In this document: positions 26,730 through 38,322 of the stretch, one piece after another
Position numbering within the stretch: the stretch's first letter is position 1
Layout: each line of letters begins with the position of its first letter
Origin: Octopus sinensis
Taxonomy: Eukaryota
NCBI RefSeq assembly: GCF_006345805.1
Contig: NW_021832407.1
Location: 1-61,921 of the forward strand
Length of the DNA stretch: 61,921 nt
Direction of reading: 5' to 3'
Position numbers and translations under genes: made by a program
Notes under the pieces: generated by a model
Databases searched by the model: none
Told to the model about the DNA's origin: nothing
What the model saw: the letters and a program-made list of their open reading frames with translations, nothing else

Positions 26730-27037
26730 GTCTATCTATCTATCAATCTAGCTATCTATCTATACATACATACATACTTACATACATACATACATCTATA
26801 AAACTGCCGATCGAGAATTCTAATTCTGACGCATCAGTTTCGGCAATTTCCGTTGCCTCACCAGTTAAGACAGCTCGACTTCGGATCTTTCCGGGTCCGC
26901 TTCGTCATTAGTATTTATGTTTTCGTCATCCAAATTATTTGAATGACTTAGCGATTCGGTAATGTGTATCGATAAAAGCAATGTAAACAACACTTTGCAA
27001 TGTTTCGCCAAAATGGAGAATTACAAATGTCACTAAA

Positions 27038-28254
27038 TACGAGGGGGTACCCCACCAAAATACCGGAATTTCGCAATATTATCCTATTAATTTAGTTTTA
27101 CACGTTTACACTTTTATCACCTTCAATTCTCCATTTGAAGAACTATATCGGTCCAGACGCGTTTTCCACTGTTCGAAGCAGTGCTGGAATACTTGCGAAG
27201 TGATGCCTTTTAACGCCTCCGTCGTTTTTTCTTCGGCAATTCCACATCTGCAAATTCCATAGCACCAGCTTTCATCACCAGTGATGAAGGTCAGGATCAA
27301 CTTCCAACTGTTCTTTCAGTTCACGACATGCATTCAATCGTGACTGCTTTTGATCTTCCATGAGCAAGCGAAGCACAAATTTTGCTGCAATGCTTTTCAT
27401 TCGGAATTCCTCGCTCAAAATCCATTGGCAGGAACTCCAGAACACACCAGTCATATCAACAAGTTCGTCAACTGTTCGGTGACGGTCCACCAACATCAGT
27501 TGATGAATTTTCATGTTTTTATTCGTTCGGGAGATCGACGGTCGCCCTGGACGAAGTTCATCTTCAAGTCACAATTGACCATTCCTAAGGCGTGAAAACC
27601 ACTCGTAAATTTGTGTTTTGCTCATGACAGCGTCCTTGTAAGCCGTCTGACGGATGGCAACTGTTTCGGCTGCCTTTTCCTCAACAGAAAACGGAATTTC
27701 ACGGAAGCACGCTATTTCTTCGCTTCAGCCATCGCAAAAATCGACGAAGAGGGGAGAAGCACTCGTATACAAAGATGCTCCACGTGGCAGTACGACCCCA
27801 CCAGACTGATACCTGAGGGTCGCATCAAGTGCCTTCTTGCGGCGGAAGTGTGAACTACACGGAGTTTGTAGTAAAGATTGTTTTCCAACATAACATGGCA
27901 GTCCTGGTTTAGGACTAATGTTGCTATAATTTAGCCCCAGGAGACTAATGTTGCTGTAATTTAGCTCTCAGAAATCACGATACACAGATATTTTTTTAGC
28001 TGATTTGGGGTGATAGATTCCCTTGTTCGAAAATATAAGGACACAGATCGTGTCGTATACCCAGCTGTCTCCTGGGGCTAAATTACAGCAACATTAGTCC
28101 TAAACCAGGACTGCCATGTTATGTGGGCAAACAATCTTTACTCCAAAATACTGTTGCTGAATATCTCTTGTTGTGAGATTTACAATTAGTAATTTTCTAC
28201 ACTGGGTTTGTCTCAGAGAGATCGTTTCCGGTTACTTTTGGGTACCCCCTCGTA
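27038..28254 (-). mobile_element. Internally deleted mariner with both TIRs and TA ends
   Basis: TIRs tacgagggggtacc..ccggaa at both ends; peptides AAKFVLRLL..QKQSRL, FITGDESWCYG, CFEQWKTRLDR. Confidence 0.85.
27865..28200. mobile_element. Fold-back insertion (copy of the 26025-26260 repeat plus inverted 5' piece) nested in the mariner
   Basis: aacataacatggcagtcctggtttaggac..agccccaggag forward at ~27887-27943 and reverse-complemented at ~28067-28125. Confidence 0.75.
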
Positions 28255-29230
28255 AATTTCACACGCATGCATGAAAAAGGGAACATATAAGGACATTACC
28301 TATGAAAGTTATAAACTCCTCACGAGTTATAAATTCTGAAATACTGGTGCACTCAGTTGGGTTTACAAAGGTCTAATGTCGCTATCTAGACGCTGACCAG
28401 TAAGTGACCACTCAAAGGATATTCAGGAAATAGATTCTAGAAGCAGAACAGTAATATTTTTGCAAGATTTCTAAGAATTTAAAATGTAACTGCTTCTCTA
28501 TTCTTGCTGTCTAAATACGAGTAAAGGAGCTTTGGCTGTGAGAGAATCAGAGTCTTAATAAGATTTCAGATAATTAAGAAGGGAAGATAATTCCACACAC
28601 ACGTACAGATATATCAATGGAGACGTTAATGTAGTGGATTACACACACACACACACACACACATGCACACACACGCATGCACACGCGCGCATGCACACGC
28701 GAGCACGTACACACACACACACATACACACACATGCACACATGCACACAAAAGCATACATAAAGACAGCGAACAAAGATAACCGAGGAAGTAATTAATAC
28801 GTAGAAATTGTGTAATATTTCTGCTTACTTTTCTCTGCAACACACACACACACACACACACATACACACACACACACACCACACACACACACACACACAT
28901 ACACACACACACACACACACAGAGTATGCCACACGTGTATGGTTGCGCATGAATACGACTACATCTAATGCTACACTGTGCTCACCACAACTTTCTCTCT
29001 CACTCTTTCTTCCTGTTTCTGTTGTACCTGTATTTCAAAGGGCCGGCCTTGTCACACTCTGTGTCATGCTGAATCTCCCCGAAAACTACGTTAAGGGTAC
29101 TCGTGTCTGTGGAGTGCTCAGCCACTTACACGTTAATTTCACGAGTCCATTGTTCCGTTGATCAAAATGAACTGGCACACTCATCGTCGTTAACGACGAA
29201 GTGCCACTATAGTATAGTATAACATGTGTG

Positions 29231-29264
<34 letters not shown>

Positions 29265-29298
29265 CACCCCTATCTTTCTCTCTCTTTCAATACACACA

Positions 29299-29329
<31 letters not shown>

Positions 29330-29336
29330 CACACAC

Positions 29337-29369
<33 letters not shown>

Positions 29370-29411
29370 CATATATATGTAAGTATATATATACGTATAT
29401 ATACGTATATA

Positions 29412-29458
<47 letters not shown>

Positions 29459-29595
29459 AAGTGTATATGTATACGCGTGTGCGTGTGTGTGCGGGTGAGG
29501 TGCGGGTGTTGCTGCGTACATGAAATACTTTATGTATATATCTTTATGTCAGCTACTGTAATTGTGTCGGTGTTTACGTCGGAAGGAACCATTAC

Positions 29596-29664
<69 letters not shown>

Positions 29665-30345
29665 AGTGAGAGAGAGGGGGGTAATGGACTGATAGAGAAG
29701 TGTAATAGTGTCAGAGTGTGTAGTGCATTGTTCAAAGTGTGCCAAGGATATGGTAGATGGAGAGACAAAGTGATATTCCCATGGGGCTAGTTATTTCTCC
29801 TGTTAACCATACCGAAAGGTGATGCCAGTCAGTTTTGGCCAGTTAGCTCTTCATCTATTATGCATTACATCTTGGCCTTTTCACATCGCTCTCTTAATGT
29901 TCAACTCTCTCTGCTAACGTATTTTATGTAATTTCTATGTAGGGTGTGTGTGATGTATGTGTGTGTGTGTGTCTGTTGGATGGTATGTTTTTTTTGTTTA
30001 TAGACAGGGACATGTTTCGTTACATGTGTTTGTGTGGTCTTGTGTTTCGACGTGGCTGTCTGGTAAGAAGCTTGCTTTCCAACCACATGGTTCCGGGTTC
30101 GGTCCTACTACGCGGCACCTTGGGCAAGTGACCTCTAACTATAGCTTTGGGCCCATCAAAGCCTTGTGAGTGGATTTGGTGGACGGAAACTGAAAGAAGC
30201 CCGTCGTGTATATATGTATATATATATATATAATTAATAATATCAAGGTAATACAGATTATAGAAATGTTTACTACCTGTCGCCTAGCGTGTAGAAAAAT
30301 TAGTCAATAGACTATATATTATTCATATAAAATACAGTGTACTTT

Positions 30346-30472
30346 TAAACACAAAAGAGGTATCTGTCATAGGATTCCTTTCACGCTAGAAGGGACAGCT
30401 AAAGTGGTTTGGACTTTAGCTGTTCTTTCTAGCGTAAGGGAGTCCTATGATGGATACCTCTTAATGTGTTTA
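30346..30472. repeat. ~60-bp-arm imperfect hairpin (7-nt loop)
   Basis: aaacac..aagaggtatc..ataggattcc..cgctagaag..cagctaaagt/ggtttgg/actttagctg..tctagcg..gagtcctat..gatacctctt..gtgttt. Confidence 0.85.
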
Positions 30473-30475
30473 TGT

Positions 30476-31331
30476 ACGTACGTTCTCAAATAACCTTTGC
30501 ATTTGTGATTTTTTAATGTCTTTACCCCCATACCTTCGTGAGTTGACTTGAGCAAACACTATATGAGAGAGATTTTCTTTAAGTATTAGAAATAGTTTAA
30601 AAAAAATTTTTAGCTGCTATTTCTAATGAGTTCAGTATGTGGCAAAGTAATTTATTTTACTAAGCCCTTTTATATAATGTAATAATTTGAATTCGCCTTA
30701 AATGGTCCCTTTGCATACTGAATACTTGGTGAAATTGATTAATAATTAATTAATTTTACCCTCAATTGTTGAAATTATAATTCATCTCTCTCTATTTAAT
30801 GCTTCGGTTTTTACCGATAAAACATAGTGTTTACTAATTTTAACCCACGCTGGTGGAAAGGGGAGAGCAGAAATTCTTCGCTTGCATATTTTGAATTTGC
30901 TAGCACTGATAGTTCGAGCAGATCTTCAGAAGTGATAAGAAGCCAAAAGGGTATGCTCCCACTTTCAGTGTTCCCAAATCCGAATCAAGGAGTTCTGAGC
31001 TGACGAAAGAAATGTCGATTTGACTAATCTAGAAACGTACGTTCTCAAATAACCTTTGCATTTGTGGTTTTTTAATGTCTTTACTCCCATACCTTCGTGA
31101 GTTGACTTGAGCAAACACTATATGAGAGAGATTTTCTTTAAGTATTAGAAATAGTTAAAAAAAAATTTTTTAGCTGCTATTTCTAATGAGTTCAGTATGT
31201 GGCAAAGTAATTTATTTTACTAAGCCCTTTTATATAATGTAATAATTTGAATTCGCCTTAAATGGTCCCTTTGCATACTGAATACTTGGTGAAATTGATT
31301 AATAATTAATTAATTTTACCCTCAATTGTTG

Positions 31332-31338
<7 letters not shown>
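30476..31338 (+). mobile_element. 1.5-unit direct repeat (period 559 bp) of pseudo-LTR type
   Basis: 30476-30779 is near-identical to 31035-31338; the junction carries a hammerhead motif. Confidence 0.75.
30996..31047 (+). ncRNA. Type I hammerhead-like motif with palindromic stem III and imperfect stem II
   Basis: UGAG CUGACGA A AGA-aau-GUC-gauuu-GAC-uaa-UCU A GAA ACGUACGU U/CUCA. Confidence 0.55.
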
Positions 31339-31385
<47 letters not shown>

Positions 31386-31989
31386 TGTGTGTGTCTTTGT
31401 GTCAGTGTTTGCCCCATCCCCGTTACCGCTGGACAAACGGTTTTGGTGTGTTTACGTCCCCGTGAAATAGCGGTTCAGCAAAAGATTCCGATAGAATAAG
31501 TACCAGGCTTAAAAAATAAGTACCGGGATTGACCCATTCAAATTTAAAAAAAAATTCAAGGCGGTGCCCCAGCATGGCCGCAGTCAAATGACTGAAAGAA
31601 GTAAAAGATAAAAGATATATATTCTTTTACTTGTTTTAGTCATTTGATTGCGGCCATGCTGGAGCACCGCCTTTTTATATATGGTGGTGCCTCTTTGGTA
31701 CCCTTAATTTTTTTTACGCCCTTTTCAAGCCTAGCCAGACTCATGGGCCCGATTTCCCGGTTTCTGTGGCGTATGTGTTCCCCCCAGCTGGACTGGACGC
31801 CAATCCATCGCAGCGTTACTCAAGAAACAGGAAGACAGAGTGAGAGAAAGTTGTGGCGAAAGAGTACAACAGGCGTCGTCACCACTCCCTGCCGGAGCCT
31901 CGTGGAGCTTTTAGGTGATTTCGCTCAATAAACACACACAACGCCCGGTCTGGGAATGGAAACCACGATCCTCCGACCCGTAGCCTTAA

Positions 31990-32020
<31 letters not shown>

Positions 32021-34254
32021 TGTATGTATGTATGTATGTATGTATGTATGTATGTATGTATGTATGTATGTATGTATGTATGTATGTATGTATGTGTGTG
32101 TGTGTGTGTATGTGTCTGTGTATGTGTGTGTATGTGTTCGTATGTGTGTTTGTCCGCTACCACCGCTTGACATCTATTCTCGGTGGCACATTGTGTCCTT
32201 GGGCGAGACGTTTTATCTCACGTTTGCTCCAGTCCAGTCAGCTGGCGAAAATGAATAGTACCCGTAATTCAAAGGGGCCAGCCTTGTCATACTCTGTGTC
32301 ACGCTGAATCACCCCAAGAACTACATTACGGGTACACATGTCTGTGGAGTACTCAGCCACTTGTACGTTAATTTCACGGAAAATTTGTAGAAGCCTGTTG
32401 GATGTTTCTGGTTTTAGACTAAAGTCCTCGCTCCGTTTTTAACCTCACGATTTGATCCCTGTGTGCTTTAGTGGGACCCACTCTGTCCCTTATCAACACG
32501 TTCCCTACTTCCTCCACGAAGTTGACAAGCCCTGCAAAAATCAAGACCATGATTAAAAGTAGATTTAATCAAATGCATCCGAGCCGGCTCATTCTCTCCT
32601 AATCAAGGATACCCAGACTCCATTGTATAACATGTCCTTCAAAAAATAGAAGTGTTTTACTTGAGCAAGATTTAACTACCATTTCTAGCAGATAGGACAG
32701 CTACATGAAGGCACCTTTGTTAGCTTGTTACTCAGATATCTGTTTATATTTCATAACAAACTTCTACGTAAACTACAAGATTTTAGTTTTACACCTTCGA
32801 GGAAGATAGCCAGCTCTCTGATGGATGTGAAGATCTTATCGTAAATGAAACAACCAAAGAAGCAGCGGTTACAGAGGCAGTAGCTTCTCCGATTTGAGAT
32901 TCGAGATTTCACCGAGACACCAACACAACGCAGCAAACAGTTAGAAGTCTGTGGCTCAGCGGTTAACGTGTTGTGTTCAAGATTACAAGGTGATGGGTTC
33001 GGTTCTCGGATCAGGTAAACCTATTTCGTTACTACCCACAAGGGGCTAAACACAGAGAGGGGACAAATAAGGACAGACAAACGGATTAAGTCGATTATAT
33101 TGACCCCAGTGCGTAACTGGTACTTATTTAATCGACCCCGAAAGGTTGAAAAGCAAAGTCGACCTTGGCGGAATTTGAACTCAGACGAAATACTGCTAAG
33201 CATTTCGCCCGCCGTGCTAACGCTTCTGCCATCACGCCGCCTTTTGCTGATCAGGTAAACCATTATACCCTTGGCTATGGTACTTGACTTCATGTTGCTT
33301 TAGTTTAGTGAGAGCATCAGCAGCAGCGTCGGCAGCGGAAGCAGTAGCAGCCGTAACTGTGAGGGGACCAACCCTTGCGGCTACTGCTGTCCCTTTAGAA
33401 GTATCCTTCAAAAGTAAGAGCAGCAAGCGGCTCCCCGATGTTATATTTCTGTTATATAAAGAAAGAATGGCTATCGTGGTAGGCGGAATCATTCAATTGG
33501 CTTCCTATGATGATGAAGATGATGATGATGAGGAGGATTATAATAATGATGATGATGATGATGATCAAGGTGAGTGGGCTGGAGCAACGGGAAGTCAAGA
33601 GCGTTGCTCAAGAACGCAACGCACCGCCGAAAATCAGATTCTCGACGTTATGCCCGTGAGCCGAACATCCGAAACACTGAACCAGGCGCCTTCCCAACAC
33701 CGTCAACGGAATTTTAAAGGAAATATTGCCGAATTTGGTTAGAAATGGCACAGAAAGCCTTTCCTTATTTGTGGAGTTAATGAAGATGAAGAGGGTGTGT
33801 ATATAATAAGTGATGTCACATTTAATCACTGCCTTTTCATGTGTACGTTTTAACCGCCCGTTTCTGTTGTGGTTTGTCTGGGAAGGTTTCAGCCTTCGTT
33901 TGAATGTCAATCCACCGGAATACATGAGTACAGCAGCAAACAAGACCCACGACAACGCCGCCGCCACCGCCACCGCCACCGCCACCGCCACCCCCATTAA
34001 TCACAACAGTAACGGCAACAACATCGTCAACATTAATATAGACAAAAGTAATGATATGTCTACGTTTTGCAGATCAAGGTCGAAGTTTGTTAAACGTTGG
34101 ACATAAAGACCGCTCCCTACAGGAACCACAAACCTCCCACCCCCGGTTCTCGTTCTATGATTAAAACAAAAATATAAAAACATACTAGAAACAAAACCAT
34201 AAAAAGATATATAACAAAGCAATGCCGACAATTTGTAGGTGGTCGCTCAGCCGC

Positions 34255-34345
34255 CTTTTTCGAACCCTATAAATCTTTCATTCTGTTTATATACACTCAT
34301 TTTTGACGTCAAATAAGTTTATAAAAATATGGCGACTTCCAAGTT
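34255..34345 (+). promoter_or_regulatory. Candidate promoter island (TATAAA, CRE palindrome, YY1-like motif)
   Basis: TATAAA 34268-34273; TTTGACGTCAAA 34302-34313; AAAATATGGCGAC ~34323-34336 in non-repetitive sequence. Confidence 0.25.
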
Positions 34346-36280
34346 CCGTTCAGTTTCAATCGGAACATGTCTGCAATCATTTCTTTTTTTAATTTTTTTA
34401 TTTCCTTCTCATTGGTTGTTTTGTTTTCTCTTCTACACATTTCTGCAGACGCCGCCATCGCAATCGTAGAGTGAAAGCCATCTATATTTAACTTCTGAAA
34501 TGAAAGCTGTATAACAAGAGTTATATCATTTCAACAGCAGTTTCTTTGAAAGCCTACCATTTATTTCGTCTTTCAACACAGTTCATTTGTCTCCCGGGTC
34601 TGTGATGATTCTCCGTCGATGAACATTCCTTCTCAGAAACGGAAGAGGGTTACAAGAAGAGGAAAGAGAATACAAAGAAGGGTGCACGAAGACGGGTTCT
34701 TCAAGTAGGACCCTTGAAGCGTCATAAGAGGTTTACAGAGTTTACTCTCAACTAATATCGCTGTCCTCTTTTAGACAAAACAATTTCACATTTTTTAAAC
34801 ATTTTCACACGGATTGCTTCAACTGAATTCCGTTATTCTATCCAATGTATAAAGACGGTTGTTCCCGGGTTCGATTCGCAGAGAGCGTCGCCGTTCGTTA
34901 TCCGCTGGGCCTATTTACAGAGCGGAGTTTCTCATACACATCATTGATCTTGTATGTTTTTCATTTTACTTGTTTCAGTTATAAGACTGCGACCATGCTG
35001 GGGCACCGCCTCGAAGAATCGACTCCAGTACTTATTTTGCTAAAGGCTTGTTACTTATTCTATCGGTCTCTTTTGCTGAACCGTTAGTTTACGAAAATGT
35101 AAACTAACATCGGTTGTGAAACAGTGGTGGGGGACAAACATAGACACAAACAATATACACACATACGCGCCAACCAGAGCCTTGTGAGTGGATTTGCTAG
35201 ACGGAAACTGAAAGAAGCCTATCGTATACACTTACGCACACATACACACACATACTATATATATATATCTATATATATATATATATATATACGACGGGCT
35301 TCTTTCAGTTACCCTCTACCAAATCCACTCACAGAGCTTTGGTCAGCTCGAGACTATAGTTGAAGAGACTTGCCCAAGGTGCCACGCAGTGGGACTGAAC
35401 ACGGAACCACATAGTTGGGAGGCAGGCTTCTTATCCCACTGCTACACATATTTTACAATTTACACACACACATACACACACACGCACGCACACACACATA
35501 TTTTCTTTTATTCTTTTATTTGTTCAGTCATTTGACTGCGGCCATGCTGGAGCACCGCCTTTAGTCGAGCAAATCGACCCTAGGACTTATTCTTTGTAAG
35601 CCTAGTACTTATTCTGTTGGCCTCTCTGGCCGAACCGCTAGGTGACGGGGACGTAAACACACCTGCATCGATTGTCAAGCGGTGTTGGGGGGGGGGACAG
35701 ACACAGACACTCAAACATACACACATACACACACACACATATACATATATGTACGACAGGCTTCTTTCAGTTTCCGTCTACCAAATTCCTTTACAAGGCT
35801 TTGGTCTGCCCGAGGCTATAGTAGAAGACACTTACCCAAGGTTCCATGCAGTGGCGCTGAACCCGGAACTATGTGGTTGGTAAGCAAGCTACATACTACA
35901 CAGCCACTCCTGCACCTATCTCTGCAGTGTTTAAAATCGTCATGGAAGCTATAAGCAGAAGCTTTGCCTTGTCTTCGAAAAATCTTCAGTACAGTATTCT
36001 CCAACTTGAACGCTATCTCCTTGAGTCTAGTGTGTGTACTTTGTTACTCATGCAGTCAATAACCAGCGATATCGTGAAAGTCAGCATAGAAACCAGCAAG
36101 AGGTCTTACTAATACAATGAGTATTACACTCTTCTTTTTCTGTATTGAGTACATTTTCTCATATAAACCTTTTCACTCTTCCCTTTCTCTCACTCTGTCT
36201 TCTTCACGTACACATATTGGTATACGCAGATTGATAGATTGAGAATCAGATGCGTAAAGCCCCTCAACAATATGCGTGCA

Positions 36281-36413
<133 letters not shown>

Positions 36414-36539
36414 GTATATATATGTATATATGTATATATATATATATATAGATATATATATTGATATTATATAATATATATGTATATGTATATATATATA
36501 TGTATATATATTTATATATGTTATATATAGATATACATG

Positions 36540-37345
36540 AGGATTAAATTAAATAACGTTTAATATGTTTTTAATATTGTTAATATTATTGTTAATTAGC
36601 CTTAGGATTAAATTAATAACGTTTAATATTGTTTATATTTTAATAATTATTGTTATTAGCCTTAAGATTAAATTAAATACGTTTAATATTGTTTAATATT
36701 GTTAATAATTCTTCAGATACTCTATCTTCTAATTAGCCTTAAGATTAAATTATAACGTTTAATATTACCCACACTCTAATATAATATTAACATTGCTAAT
36801 ATTTTTCAGATACTCTATCTCCTGATTAGCCTTAAGATTAAATAACGTTTTTATCCACACTCTAATATAATATTAATATTGCTAATATATTTTCAGATAC
36901 TCTATCTTCTAATTAGCCTTAAGATTAAATTAAATAACGTTTAATATTAATAACGTCTAATTAGCCTTAAGATTAAATTAAATAACGGTTAATATTGCTT
37001 AATATTGTATATATAATTTTTCAGATACTCTGTCTTCTAATTAGCCTTAAGATTAAATTAAATAACGTTTAATATTACCCACACTCTAATATAATATTAA
37101 TATTGCTAATATATTTTCAGATACTCTATCTCCAAATTAGCCTTAAGATTAAATAACGTTTTTTTACCCACACTCTAATATAATATTAATATTGCTAATA
37201 TATTTTCAGATACTCTATCTCCTAATTAGCCTTAAGATTAAATAACGTTTTTACCCAAATAACGTTTTTACCCAAATAACGTTTTTACACAAACTTTAAT
37301 ATTGTTAATATTTCTTTTTCAAGTACTCTATCTTCTAATTAGCCT
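36540..37345 (+). repeat. AT-rich minisatellite (~60-110-bp modular unit) directly upstream of the CR1 ORF1
   Basis: Recurrent ctaattagccttaagattaaa..taacgttt and ttcagatactctatct modules. Confidence 0.9.
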
Positions 37346-37409
37346 TAATATCTTCCTGTCTTCTCTCGAACATAATTAGATAGATAAACGGATAGACGGA
37401 TTATCCAGC

Positions 37410-38322
37410 ATGTCCAGAGCATGGAGACGTGACGAGCTGGATTTATTCGTACGAGCATGGGAGTGCGCCGGCGGAGATAGCCCTAGCGAGGTGATTGCGG
37501 CTGCGCTGAAGAGCAGAGGCTACAAGAGGACAGCGGCTCAGATGGAGCGAAAGAGACAGGAATTCGTGCGCTCATATGCGCTTGTACGGTCGCACATTGG
37601 CGCACTTGATGCCATCTTTGAGAACGAGCGGGGCAAAGATGGCAAGAATGGAGACGATGAAAGAAGTCACCCCCACCTGGTGGACGCCCAGGAGGAGGTT
37701 TTGAATGAGAAACCTGCCCGGGAAGTGAACCCAGGTGCAAGTTCTCCAACCGGCAGCAAGGGCCATGGAGACGGAGAACCCGGTGAAGAGGTAGAGGGAG
37801 GAAGAAGAACTAAAAGAAGGACTGGAAGGGCTAAAGGAAAAAAAAAAAGCTCAAGCAGGACCAAAGAGTGAAACAACCAGAAATAGAAGTGGAACCGCAA
37901 AGGATGGAACCAAACAGCGCACACGGGTGTGTATGTTCTACCTGAGAGGTTCCTGCTGGCACGGAAAGGAAGGTGCAGGCTGCCGCTTTGCACATCGGGG
38001 ACCCTGCCACAGAGACACGAGGCAGATGGACAAACCATCAACACAAAGAAAAGGGATGGACTACGCACCACCTGCCCCAAAGCGGAGGTACGCAGATGTT
38101 GTGCGCGCCACAAACAGCCAACATGATGTTGTCGAAAGAGCAGCTGCTGAGCAACAATCTTTTTTGTGCATGGCACAAAAGATTGTACAGCAGCTGACCT
38201 GGCTTCATCAAACCCAAGCCCGCAGGTGGGACTACCCACTATATACCAGACCACCACAGCAAACAGACACAGGATGGACACCGCCGGCAACAACGTACAC
38301 CTCACCTCGATACTCCTACTGA
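37410..38322 (+). CDS. LINE ORF1 (one frameshift near 37800): Myb/SANT-like N-terminal domain, acidic/basic linker, CCCH zinc finger
   Basis: AWRRDELDLFVRAW..EVIAAALKSRGYKRTAAQMERK..Y; C-x7-C-x8-C-x3-H at 37930-37995. Confidence 0.7.

Larger units (their letters stand above)
30050..31615 (+). mobile_element. SINE family B split at its central (TA)n by a ~1.1-kb insertion
   Basis: Head at 30050-30225, tail at 31385-31615. Confidence 0.75.

Noticed and set aside
33284-33742. 152-aa ORF with Ala-rich and acidic tracts and an apparent AAG|GTGAGT donor
   Set aside because: Tracts are (GCA)n/(GAT)n repeats, and the donor lies in a SINE fragment (gagtgggctggagcaacg matches 41819); no recognisable domain.
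32750-36110. Short RT-like peptides HNKLLRKLQDFSF (32752) and VFKIVMEAISRSF (35930)
   Set aside because: Too short and degenerate to call beyond possible LINE debris.
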